A DNA stretch of 64,000 nt from positions 614 to 64,613 of the forward strand of contig JBBDJP010000001.1 of assembly GCA_040879805.1 (NCBI GenBank), given 5' to 3'. A program made the position numbers and the translations under genes. Of this stretch, positions 7,573 through 16,123 are shown piece by piece; the stretch's first letter is position 1, and each line of letters starts with the position of its first letter. Below the pieces are notes generated by a model. It searched no databases, was not told the DNA's origin, and saw only the letters and a program-made list of their open reading frames with translations. This DNA comes from Candidatus Pacearchaeota archaeon. GTDB taxonomy: Archaea; Nanobdellota; Nanobdellia; Pacearchaeales; GW2011-AR1.

Positions 7573-9603
7573 ATGAGAAAAATACTATTATCTTTAATAC
7601 TAATCTTAATTATTTTACCTTTTGCATCTGCAGAAATTATAATCAACCAACAGCCAAAAGAAATCTACAATCTTGGAGATGTTCTCTCAATTCCTGTAAC
7701 AATAAAAACTTCTTCTGGAATCTCTGGAAATTTTAATATGGATTTAATCTGTAATGGTATGGAAGAAAATTTTTATAGAAATGGTGTAGATTTGGGTCCT
7801 GGGGAAGAAATTAGATTTCAATCTTCACTAATTTTAACAAAAGGAATTATTGGAGACTTAAAAGGAAACTGTATAATCAAGGCACACATAGAAGACCAAT
7901 CTAAAACAACAAATGAATTTAAAATTTCTAACTTAATTAACCTTAACGTTGAATTTGTAAATACTTCTTTTAAGCCAGGAGATATAATATCTATTGAAGG
8001 AGATGCCATCAAAGAAAATGGAAATTCTGCAGATGGATTTATAGAACTAGGTCTTTTTGAAGGGAACAATTCATTAATTAGTCAATTGGAAACAATCAAT
8101 AATGGTTTTTTTTCTGGATCACTCTCACTATCTGAAGATATGAAAGCAGGAACATTTCTCCTTAAACTAACTGCCTATGAACAAGACACTCAACAAAGAA
8201 GAACAAATGAAGGAACAACAAGTAAAAGCATAGAGATAAATCAAGTTCCTACAAGTGTTGAAATAATTTTTGAATCTAAAAATGTAGATCCAGGATCAAA
8301 CCTAAACGCAGAATCTGTCCTTTATGATCAAACTGGAGAAAAAATAAATGGATCTTCAACAATAACTATCAAAAACTCTAAAGATGAAATTGTAAGTCAA
8401 TTTGAAACAAATAATAATGAAGAATTTAATTATTCAATTCCTAAAAGGGAGCTACCTTCAGATTGGAAAATAATGGTTGAATCTAACGGGCTTGAAAGAG
8501 AATTCATTTTTAGAATTAATGAAAAAGAGAGTATTGATATGGAATTTGTTAATAGAACAATCACAATTGTTAATACTGGAAATATTCCTTACAATAAAAC
8601 CACTTTAGTTAAAATAGGGAATGAAACTCTTAATGTAGATGTATATCTTGAGGTGGGGCAAAGCAAAAGATATTTGATAACTGCGCCTGATGGAGAATAT
8701 AATGTTGAGGTAATTTCTGGAGAAAACATGATTTCTGGAAATGCAGTACTTACTGGAAATGCAATTGAAATAAGGGAGGCTTCTGAAAGAACATGGAGTC
8801 TTGTGAAATCTCCTACTGTATGGATATTCATGATATTAATACTTGGATTCATTACTTTTGTAATTTTCAAAAGAGGATACCAAAGAACATTTGTAGGATA
8901 TATCTCTTCAAGAATGGGCAGAAAAAGAAAACAAAAAAAGGATAAAACAAAAAGGGTTCAGACCTATCAAGAAACTCCTATTTCAAAAGGATCTATTGTA
9001 AAAACAAAAAATCCTGCAGAACTTTCATTGTCTATAAAGGGGAGTAAACAGGAAGCAAGTATAATCAATGTTCACATAAAAAATCTTAAAGAAATCCAAT
9101 CAAAGAAAAATAATGCTGGAGAAACAATACAAAACCTTGTTGAAATAGCAGAAGGAAAAAAGGCATATGTTTATGAAAATTATAGTAACCTATTCTTTAT
9201 ATTAGCCCCTATAAAAACAAAAACTTACAAAAATGAAAAGAGTGTTTTAGACATTTCTAAAAAATTCATAGAAATTCTTGAAAAACATAACAAACTATTC
9301 AAACAAAAAATTGATTATGGGCTTTCATTAACTCATGGAACAATAATAGCTAAAGAAGAAGGAAGCTATCTTAAATTTATGAGCCTTGGTAAACTAATGT
9401 CAACATCCAAAAAGATTGCCTCAATCTCAGAAGGAAAAATTCTCCTTGATGAATTTATGAATGAAAAACTAAGATCACACTTAAAAACAGAAAAACATGA
9501 AAAGAACAAAATTAATTTCTATTCGATAAAAGAAATGAAAAACCCTAAAGAACATGAAAAATTTATTAGAGGCTTTCTGGAAAGAATGAACAAAGATGAT
9601 TAA
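7573..9603 (+). CDS. Type I membrane protein with signal peptide, large N-glycosylation-sequon-rich ectodomain, one TM helix and a cytoplasmic domain resembling a degenerate class III nucleotide cyclase fold
   Basis: The N-terminal 'ILLSLILILIILPFASA' is a signal peptide. A TM helix 'VWIFMILILGFITFVIF' is followed by a basic stretch. See the findings for the C-terminal domain. Confidence 0.65.
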   Translation: MRKILLSLILILIILPFASAEIIINQQPKEIYNLGDVLSIPVTIKTSSGISGNFNMDLICNGMEENFYRNGVDLGPGEEIRFQSSLILTKGIIGDLKGNCIIKAHIEDQSKTTNEFKISNLINLNVEFVNTSFKPGDIISIEGDAIKENGNSADGFIELGLFEGNNSLISQLETINNGFFSGSLSLSEDMKAGTFLLKLTAYEQDTQQRRTNEGTTSKSIEINQVPTSVEIIFESKNVDPGSNLNAESVLYDQTGEKINGSSTITIKNSKDEIVSQFETNNNEEFNYSIPKRELPSDWKIMVESNGLEREFIFRINEKESIDMEFVNRTITIVNTGNIPYNKTTLVKIGNETLNVDVYLEVGQSKRYLITAPDGEYNVEVISGENMISGNAVLTGNAIEIREASERTWSLVKSPTVWIFMILILGFITFVIFKRGYQRTFVGYISSRMGRKRKQKKDKTKRVQTYQETPISKGSIVKTKNPAELSLSIKGSKQEASIINVHIKNLKEIQSKKNNAGETIQNLVEIAEGKKAYVYENYSNLFFILAPIKTKTYKNEKSVLDISKKFIEILEKHNKLFKQKIDYGLSLTHGTIIAKEEGSYLKFMSLGKLMSTSKKIASISEGKILLDEFMNEKLRSHLKTEKHEKNKINFYSIKEMKNPKEHEKFIRGFLERMNKDD

Positions 9604-10475
9604 TCTTTCTCCTTAACCTCTTTCTTAGACTTTCCTTTACCTTTAACCTCAGAACTAATCATTTTCCTAATATCTGCCAAAGAAAATTTCTTTTTTATGA
9701 AATCTCCCGAAATTATTCTTAAGGCAATTCCTGATAAAATCAAAATTATACCTATGATCATTATAGTCCAGAAAACAACTCCTACCCTACTAAAAAGCAT
9801 TCTAATAAAAGGAGAAAATATTTTACCAGATGCAGAAGTAACAATGCTCTCAATTTTTAGTAAAGGTAATACTGAAATGGCCATAAAAGATCCTGTAAAT
9901 ACAAGAGTGTTATGTTTCTGTTCAACTAAGAAAAAAGTTAAAACTATTGCAATTAAAAAAATCAAAAGAGAAAAATAAAATCTTCCTTGCCAGTAATCTT
10001 TAGCATCCTTTGAAACAAGAAAGAAAGGTATTCCTGTCTCTTTAAAGCATTTCCAAAATTCACACCCATAATCCTTAAAATAAACACTTTCTGTGAAACT
10101 ATCAAAAGATTCTTCTAATAAAGATTCATTACCTTCTTCAAAAGTTGAACAATTCAAAACAATAACATGCCCTTCATAAACAAAAACATAATCTTCATAT
10201 TCTTGACAATGTTCTGGCATATTTTCTGAAGCTTCTTCAGTTGCCTGAGTAAGATTAAAATTTAAGATATCAAACTCTCCAAAAATCCACGAAAACCTTC
10301 CTGAAGAATCTCCAATAACCCCTCTATCCAAATCACTAATTAGAATGGGCATCTCTTCTTGCACATTTTCATAATTCAAGGAAAGAGACATTGTCAAAGA
10401 AATTGTGCCTAAAAAAAGAACTGCAAAAAGAACAATTCCTGTAAGAATTAACAATAAACCTCTAAACATCCCCAT
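9600..10475 (-). CDS. Multi-pass membrane protein with Cys-containing extracytoplasmic loop and Lys-rich C-terminal tail (hypothetical)
   Basis: Hydrophobic helices at the N-terminus and in the C-terminal third. Its stop codon overlaps that of the convergent 7573..9603 gene (TTAA). Confidence 0.6.
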   Translation of the reverse strand: MGMFRGLLLILTGIVLFAVLFLGTISLTMSLSLNYENVQEEMPILISDLDRGVIGDSSGRFSWIFGEFDILNFNLTQATEEASENMPEHCQEYEDYVFVYEGHVIVLNCSTFEEGNESLLEESFDSFTESVYFKDYGCEFWKCFKETGIPFFLVSKDAKDYWQGRFYFSLLIFLIAIVLTFFLVEQKHNTLVFTGSFMAISVLPLLKIESIVTSASGKIFSPFIRMLFSRVGVVFWTIMIIGIILILSGIALRIISGDFIKKKFSLADIRKMISSEVKGKGKSKKEVKEKD

Positions 10476-10494
10476 AAAAAATATATGCTAATTG

Positions 10495-10508
10495 TATTTA
10501 TAAATTTT
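10495..10508 (-). promoter_or_regulatory. TATA-box-like element for the minus-strand gene starting at 10475
   Basis: 'TATTTATAAATTTT' (palindromic-like A/T box) lies about 25 nt from the start codon. A second A/T box (10543..10554) sits about 26 nt before ppsA on the other strand. Confidence 0.4.
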
Positions 10509-10573
10509 GATAAAGAAGGACTGAAATAAAATCTAACAAAAACCTTTATTAATTGTATTGATTTTGAAAGTTT

Positions 10574-13255
10574 ATGCAAAAAGAGGTTGAAAAGAATAAG
10601 GAAACATCCGAATCCGAAAAACAAGATTTTATTAAATGGTTTTCAGAATTAAGTAAAGATTCTGGAAAAATTGTAGGAGGAAAAGGAGCTAATCTTGGAG
10701 AAATTTATAATCTTAAAATTTCTGTTCCTCCTGGATTTGTAGTTACTGCGCAAGCTTATAGTTATTTTATAAAAAAAGCAGATATTGATGACAAGATAAA
10801 AACTCTTCTTGAGAAAATAGATTATGAAAATACAAATCAATTAAGTCAGGTTACAAAAGAAATCAGAGAAATTATAGAAAAATCTAACTTTCCAAAAGAA
10901 CTTGAAGAAGAAATTGTGGAAGCTTATGAAACTCTTGGAGTTGAAGACAGTGCAAAAAACCTTCCCGCACATGATATTCTAAAAACAACTTCAGAAGAAT
11001 TCGTTGCTGTCAGAAGCAGTGCAACAACTGAAGATCTAGCCGAAGCAAGTTTTGCTGGACAACAAGATACTTATCTTAATGTTAAAGGAAAAAGGGAACT
11101 TCTAAATTCAATAAAAAAATGTTTTGCATCTCTATTTACAACAAGGGCAACATATTACAGAAACAAAAAAGGATTCAAACATGAAAATGCTCAACTTGCA
11201 GTAATAGTTCAAAAAATGGTTGATTCAAAGAAATCAGGAGTTATTTTCTCTAAAGATCCTTCAATGAATCGAGATCAAGTAATAATAGAAGCAGTATGGG
11301 GTTTGGGAGAAGGAATAGTTTCAGGGAAAATCTCTCCAGACAGATATATCTTAGAGAAAAAATCTGAAAATCCTGAAGATTCTGATGACCTTAAGCTTAT
11401 AAAAAAAGAAATTGGAAATAAGAAGATTGCGATCACAAGAGACTCCTCAGGAGAAAAAGAAATAGTTAAACTTAAAGAGGAAATTTCCAATAGACAAGTT
11501 CTAAAGGAATATGAAATAATCAAACTTTCTGAAATAGCTCTAAAACTAGAAAACCATTACAATAAACCTCAAGATATAGAATTCGCAATTGAAAATGATG
11601 ATATTTATATCGTTCAAACCAGGCCAATAACAACCATGAAAGGCAGAGGAGAGGTAGGAGCCAATAAAGAACTTAAAGGAGAAATTATCTTGAAAGGTCT
11701 TGCGGCCTCACCAGGAATTGGTTCTGGAAAAGTAAGAATAGTTAACGAAATTTCCGATCTGGAAAAAATAGAAAGTGGAGATATCCTTGTTACAGAAATG
11801 ACAAATCCAGATATGGTTGTAACAATGCAAAAATCTGCTGCAATTATAACAAATGAAGGGGGTCTTACTGCACATGCCTCAATAGTTTCTAGAGAAATGG
11901 GAATTCCTGCAGTTGTAGGAACTCAAGAAGCCACAACCAAATTAAAAGATGGAGATATTGTGACTGTTGATGGTTTTACAGGAAATATTTACAAAGGAAA
12001 GGTGGCAGAAAGTGTTCAAAAAGAAGTGAAACCAATAGAGTCTGAAACAAAAACAAAAATAAAGGTTATTGTGGATCTTCCAAGTTTTGCAGAAAGAGCT
12101 TCCAAAAGCAATTCAAAAGAAGTTGGGCTTGCAAGAATAGAAGGAATAATTGCAGAATCTGGAAAACATCCAAACTACTTTCTTGAAAAAAACCAGATAA
12201 ATGAATATGAAAAAATAATATATAAGGGAATAAATGAAATATCAAAATATTTTGAAGAAATTTGGGTAAGGACCTCAGATATAAGAAGTGATGAATTTCA
12301 TGAATTAGAAGGATCTTCAAAAGAAAAAGAGGCAAACCCTATGCTTGGAATGCACGGAATAAGATACAGTCTAAAAAAACCTAAGATACTTGAAGCAGAA
12401 CTTACTGCTATGAAAAAAGTTTCAGATGAAGGGAAAAAAATTGGTGTTTTAATTCCTCAAGTTATTTCTGTTGAAGAGGTAAAAAAAGTAAAAGAAACTC
12501 TTAAAAAAATTCAATTTTTCAAGGCAAAAGTAGGAGTAATGATTGAAACTCCTGCCTCTGTTCAAATTATTGAAGAAATCTGTAATGAAGGTATTGATTT
12601 TGTTTCATTTGGAACTAATGATCTCACACAATATACCCTTGCAATAGATAGAGGAAATGAACAAGTCCAAGAACTTTACAAAGAAACTCATCCTGCAATT
12701 CTTAAACAAATAAAACATGTAATTAAAATTTGTAAAGAAAAAGGGGTGGAAACAAGCATTTGTGGACAAGCAGGAAGCAAAAAAGAAATGGCAAAATTCC
12801 TTGTTGAACAAAAGATAGACAGTATAAGTACAAATGCAGATATGGCGGCAACAATTGCAGAATATGTTTCAAAACTTGAAAAAGGAGAAAATACTGAAGA
12901 CGTTGAAGAAAAAATGCCTGAAGAAAAAATACAACCGAAATTTAAAGAAGAAAATGAAAAAAAAGAACACTCTAAAAATAAAGAAAATGAGACTCCTGTA
13001 GAAAATAAAGATTTTGAAAAGGAACTGGAAAAATCTTCTGAAGGAAATCCTCAAAAAAAGAATGGGGAAGAAGAAAATGAAATTAATGAAAAAAGAACTC
13101 ACAATGATGGCGAACGTCAACTTGAAGAAGAAAATGATAATCTTAAAACCTCTGATGAAAAACTTGAGGGTCCTGAAATAAATGGGGTAAATCCTTCTTT
13201 AGAAAATAAAGATTTCGAAGATGAAGAAGAAAATGAAATTCTCGATATTTTCTAA
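10574..13255 (+). CDS. ppsA: Phosphoenolpyruvate synthase (pyruvate, water dikinase) with a long Glu/Lys-rich low-complexity C-terminal tail
   Basis: 'GGKGANLGE' marks the ATP-grasp N-domain. 'TNEGGLTAHASIVSREMGIPAVVG' marks the phospho-His swivel domain. 'FVSFGTNDLTQYTLAIDRGN' marks the PEP-utilising TIM barrel. The tail begins at about 12880. Confidence 0.9.
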   Translation: MQKEVEKNKETSESEKQDFIKWFSELSKDSGKIVGGKGANLGEIYNLKISVPPGFVVTAQAYSYFIKKADIDDKIKTLLEKIDYENTNQLSQVTKEIREIIEKSNFPKELEEEIVEAYETLGVEDSAKNLPAHDILKTTSEEFVAVRSSATTEDLAEASFAGQQDTYLNVKGKRELLNSIKKCFASLFTTRATYYRNKKGFKHENAQLAVIVQKMVDSKKSGVIFSKDPSMNRDQVIIEAVWGLGEGIVSGKISPDRYILEKKSENPEDSDDLKLIKKEIGNKKIAITRDSSGEKEIVKLKEEISNRQVLKEYEIIKLSEIALKLENHYNKPQDIEFAIENDDIYIVQTRPITTMKGRGEVGANKELKGEIILKGLAASPGIGSGKVRIVNEISDLEKIESGDILVTEMTNPDMVVTMQKSAAIITNEGGLTAHASIVSREMGIPAVVGTQEATTKLKDGDIVTVDGFTGNIYKGKVAESVQKEVKPIESETKTKIKVIVDLPSFAERASKSNSKEVGLARIEGIIAESGKHPNYFLEKNQINEYEKIIYKGINEISKYFEEIWVRTSDIRSDEFHELEGSSKEKEANPMLGMHGIRYSLKKPKILEAELTAMKKVSDEGKKIGVLIPQVISVEEVKKVKETLKKIQFFKAKVGVMIETPASVQIIEEICNEGIDFVSFGTNDLTQYTLAIDRGNEQVQELYKETHPAILKQIKHVIKICKEKGVETSICGQAGSKKEMAKFLVEQKIDSISTNADMAATIAEYVSKLEKGENTEDVEEKMPEEKIQPKFKEENEKKEHSKNKENETPVENKDFEKELEKSSEGNPQKKNGEEENEINEKRTHNDGERQLEEENDNLKTSDEKLEGPEINGVNPSLENKDFEDEEENEILDIF

Positions 13256-13291
13256 TCTAAAACAATAGATAAACAAAATTCTGATTTGACA

Positions 13292-13304
13292 ATATTTATA
13301 AATT
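13292..13304 (+). promoter_or_regulatory. TATA-box-like element upstream of 13324 ORF
   Basis: 'ATATTTATAAATT' lies about 26 nt upstream of the ATG. Confidence 0.4.
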
Positions 13305-13323
13305 AAAGATGCCCTTATAATAT

Positions 13324-14022
13324 ATGGTTAAGACTTCAAAAAAAGGTGTAAAGAAAAAGTCAAAAAAGAAAGTAAGAAAACCTACTAAAAAAAATACTCA
13401 GAAAAAAACATCTCTGGAAAAAAAATATAATTCTGTGAAACAAAAAAAGACTGAAAAGATACTTGTAGATAATTTTGTTGCTCTTCAAAAAGTAATGGTA
13501 AATCTTTCTTCAAAGTTTGATAATCTTTCAACGCAAATTTCAAAATTGCTTGAACTCTTTGAAATTTCAGCCAAATCTCTTGCACAAAAAGATTTTGAAA
13601 AAGATAGAGATAAAAAGGAATCTAAAGAAATCCTTAAAAAATTGGACAATATTTCACAACAGGCTGGTTTAATTGGAAAGGGCCTAGTACTTATACATGA
13701 AAATAGTTCTGGAAAAGGATTTTCAACTCATGGAATGGGTTCTGAAAACAAATTTGAAAATATGGAAAAATCAAAAATGGTGAGGAGACCAATTAATATG
13801 CCAGGTCCTTCAAAATTCCCTCTTCCAAAAACAAATAAAAATCTTTCTCAACAAGATGGAAAAATATCCTCTAGACCTAAGGAATCCCCTAAATCTCAAG
13901 GAGAACCTAAACAAGGCTCGGAAGGTGTGACTCAAGAAATTGGGCAAAATCCAGAACAACAGAATAATTCCCAAAATCAAGAACAAATGTCACAGAAATC
14001 TCCGGGAACTCAAGAAATCTAG
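13324..14022 (+). CDS. Hypothetical protein with a Lys-rich N-terminus, a central helical region and a Gln/Pro/Ser-rich tail
   Basis: ORF 11 nt upstream of the next gene (probable operon). Low-complexity composition, no recognised domain. Confidence 0.5.
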   Translation: MVKTSKKGVKKKSKKKVRKPTKKNTQKKTSLEKKYNSVKQKKTEKILVDNFVALQKVMVNLSSKFDNLSTQISKLLELFEISAKSLAQKDFEKDRDKKESKEILKKLDNISQQAGLIGKGLVLIHENSSGKGFSTHGMGSENKFENMEKSKMVRRPINMPGPSKFPLPKTNKNLSQQDGKISSRPKESPKSQGEPKQGSEGVTQEIGQNPEQQNNSQNQEQMSQKSPGTQEI

Positions 14023-14033
14023 AGATAATTAAA

Positions 14034-14771
14034 ATGCTTAAAAAAACTTCTGAAAATCTTAGAGAATTCTTTATTTTAGAATTTACAAAAGAAATTATAA
14101 GAGGTACTGAAAAATATAGAGAAATTTTAATAAAAAAAGAAGTTCAAGAAGTCTTATCACACCATGAGTTTCTAAAAAAATTAGAAACTGAAAGAAAAAA
14201 TAAAAAGACAGAGAAGATTGGAAAGATTGTTCAAGAAAAAATAAAAGAAGAAAGAAAAAGAATTTCTAATCTAAGAGATGGAGGATTTGTACCAAAGCCA
14301 AAACCTCTGATAAAAAGAAAACTGAAAGAAAAAAGTCCCTTCAAAAATTCTTTTTTTAAAAAAAGCCATGATTCTTATTTTCATCCAAAAGTTATTAATT
14401 TGCCGCTACCTGAAACTGTTCGTGACATAAGACCTATTCCTGGAAAAGAAACTCTAAATCTTGAAAAACTAAATCCCTTGGTGCAAGATCCTTTAGTAAA
14501 ATCAATAGAATGTAATGGCCCTGGCCAAAAAATTGTTGTAAAAGGTGCTATGGGAATAAAAAATACAAGCATAACCCTCACAGAAGAAGATATAGATGAT
14601 GTTATAAATAAGTTTTCTAAAGCATCTAAAATTCCCGTTAGTACGGGTGTATTCAAGGTTGTTTATGGTAGATTAGTCTTATCTGCAATAATTTCTGAAG
14701 TGGTTGATTCAAAATTTATTATTAAAAAAATGTCTGAACCTGTATTGAAAGTTCCTTTGCCTTCAAGGTAA
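14034..14771 (+). CDS. Stand-alone protein resembling the N-terminal domain of FlaI/PilB/VirB11-type secretion ATPases; no ATPase core
   Basis: 'LNPLVQDPLVKSIECNGPGQKIVVKGAMGIKNTSITLTEEDIDDVINKFSKASKIPVSTG...GRLVLSAIISEVVDSKFIIKKM' follows the T2SSE N-domain pattern (DP-x-ED-I-x-NG ... IRKF). The ORF stops where Walker A would begin. Confidence 0.5.
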   Translation: MLKKTSENLREFFILEFTKEIIRGTEKYREILIKKEVQEVLSHHEFLKKLETERKNKKTEKIGKIVQEKIKEERKRISNLRDGGFVPKPKPLIKRKLKEKSPFKNSFFKKSHDSYFHPKVINLPLPETVRDIRPIPGKETLNLEKLNPLVQDPLVKSIECNGPGQKIVVKGAMGIKNTSITLTEEDIDDVINKFSKASKIPVSTGVFKVVYGRLVLSAIISEVVDSKFIIKKMSEPVLKVPLPSR

Positions 14772-14792
14772 TTAAATAACTAATTAAATCTT

Positions 14793-16055
14793 TTAAAAAT
14801 TATCATCACTTAAATTATTAGACAGACTTTTTGCAATATCTTTAAGCCACCCTATCCTATCTCTCTCAATAAAAAGGTTCAAAGATTCGTTGCTAAGATC
14901 TGAATCATAAGCAAACTCTGAATAATAATTTCCCAATTCATATCTTAATACTATAAATCCATTTCTTTCAACTGCGCTATCTACTTCTACAGAGTCTTTT
15001 CCAAAACTCTCTAATAAAATTGAACTTTCATTTTCATTAAGCTCTAAATTATATTTCTCTTCATTCAAAAAAACATCTTCTTCTTGATTGATATCTGGAT
15101 TAGAAAAATCTATGTTATCTTCTCTTTCAACATCACTCTCTGAATCTTCAAAAGAGATAGAAGTATCATTAAGAAAATTTCCTTCAGAATCAATAAAAGT
15201 TTCAAAAGAAACTATGTCATCTCCTAAATGGACAATTTTTACAATAAATGTGCCTTCACTCAAACTTAAATTAAAATCAGAAAGATTAACTTCAAAGATT
15301 CCACCTCCCTCAACTCCTTCTATTTTTTCAGAATAATCTGTAGAAAAAATCACATTATTTTCTTTAGAAATATCTATTCCTATTATGTCACTCTGATTCA
15401 AAAAATTCCCTGAACTAGTCCTTATGCTTTCTGGAACGATCCGAACTTCTTTCAAGATATATTCTTTCCCACCTCTAATAATAAATTCTCCACTCATATT
15501 TTCACTTAAATTATGAGTATATTCTCTGTTTCTTGAGATTGTTGCACTAAAATTAATTGTACTTATATTCTCTGATCCGTTAATAATTTCTCCTGTTTCA
15601 TTAGAATAAGTTACCTCTTCTAAAACTATGCTTGAATTAAAATAAACTGTTGGATAAATAGTTTTATTTGTAAATTCTATATTGTTAAAAGTATTTTCAA
15701 GACTATACTCTTTCTGGGATCCTTCGTTTTCAAAAACAATTACTGAAGAAGAAGGAACAAAATCTCCTTCCTCTAAAGACAAATTCAAAATTCCTGTTAT
15801 CATGTTCCCTTCCCTAAAATCAGATTCCAAATCTAATGAAACCATGCCTGTGGGACTCTTATCAGAAAATGAAAAAAACACAATTGCCACCAAAATTAAA
15901 ATACCAAAAACTGCTAAAGAAATTTTTTTATAACTCAACCTCTCTTGACCCCTATATTCTGAAACAACTTTACCATCAACTCTTTTACTATGATAGATAT
16001 AAGGCCCATATACTTTTCCGCCTCTCTTTATATATTTTTTATAAGCCATCTTCAA
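14793..16055 (-). CDS. Membrane-anchored surface protein, sequon-rich and acidic (hypothetical)
   Basis: A basic N-terminal motif 'YKKYIKRGGKVYGPYIYHSKRVDGKVVSEYRG' precedes the TM helix 'ISLAVFGILILVAIVFFSF'. The ectodomain carries many N-x-S/T sites. Confidence 0.6.
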   Translation of the reverse strand: MKMAYKKYIKRGGKVYGPYIYHSKRVDGKVVSEYRGQERLSYKKISLAVFGILILVAIVFFSFSDKSPTGMVSLDLESDFREGNMITGILNLSLEEGDFVPSSSVIVFENEGSQKEYSLENTFNNIEFTNKTIYPTVYFNSSIVLEEVTYSNETGEIINGSENISTINFSATISRNREYTHNLSENMSGEFIIRGGKEYILKEVRIVPESIRTSSGNFLNQSDIIGIDISKENNVIFSTDYSEKIEGVEGGGIFEVNLSDFNLSLSEGTFIVKIVHLGDDIVSFETFIDSEGNFLNDTSISFEDSESDVEREDNIDFSNPDINQEEDVFLNEEKYNLELNENESSILLESFGKDSVEVDSAVERNGFIVLRYELGNYYSEFAYDSDLSNESLNLFIERDRIGWLKDIAKSLSNNLSDDNF

Positions 16056-16123
16056 ATTAAACCAAGCATTAAAAACAACTTAAGAATGTATTTAAATTTT
16101 TCTGGAAGAAGAGATAGTTAAAA

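Noticed and set aside
12869-13120. An antisense 83-aa ORF rich in Phe, Ile and Arg, one of many similar opposite-strand ORFs in the track. Other examples are 931..1173, 2620..2940, 8589..8870, 11275..11523, 22508..22837, 46353..46865, 52364..52654 and 61614..62009.
   Set aside because: All lie entirely inside well-supported genes on the other strand. They have the low-complexity F/S/I/L composition expected from reading purine-rich, AT-rich coding sequence backwards. None carries a motif or has its own promoter spacing.
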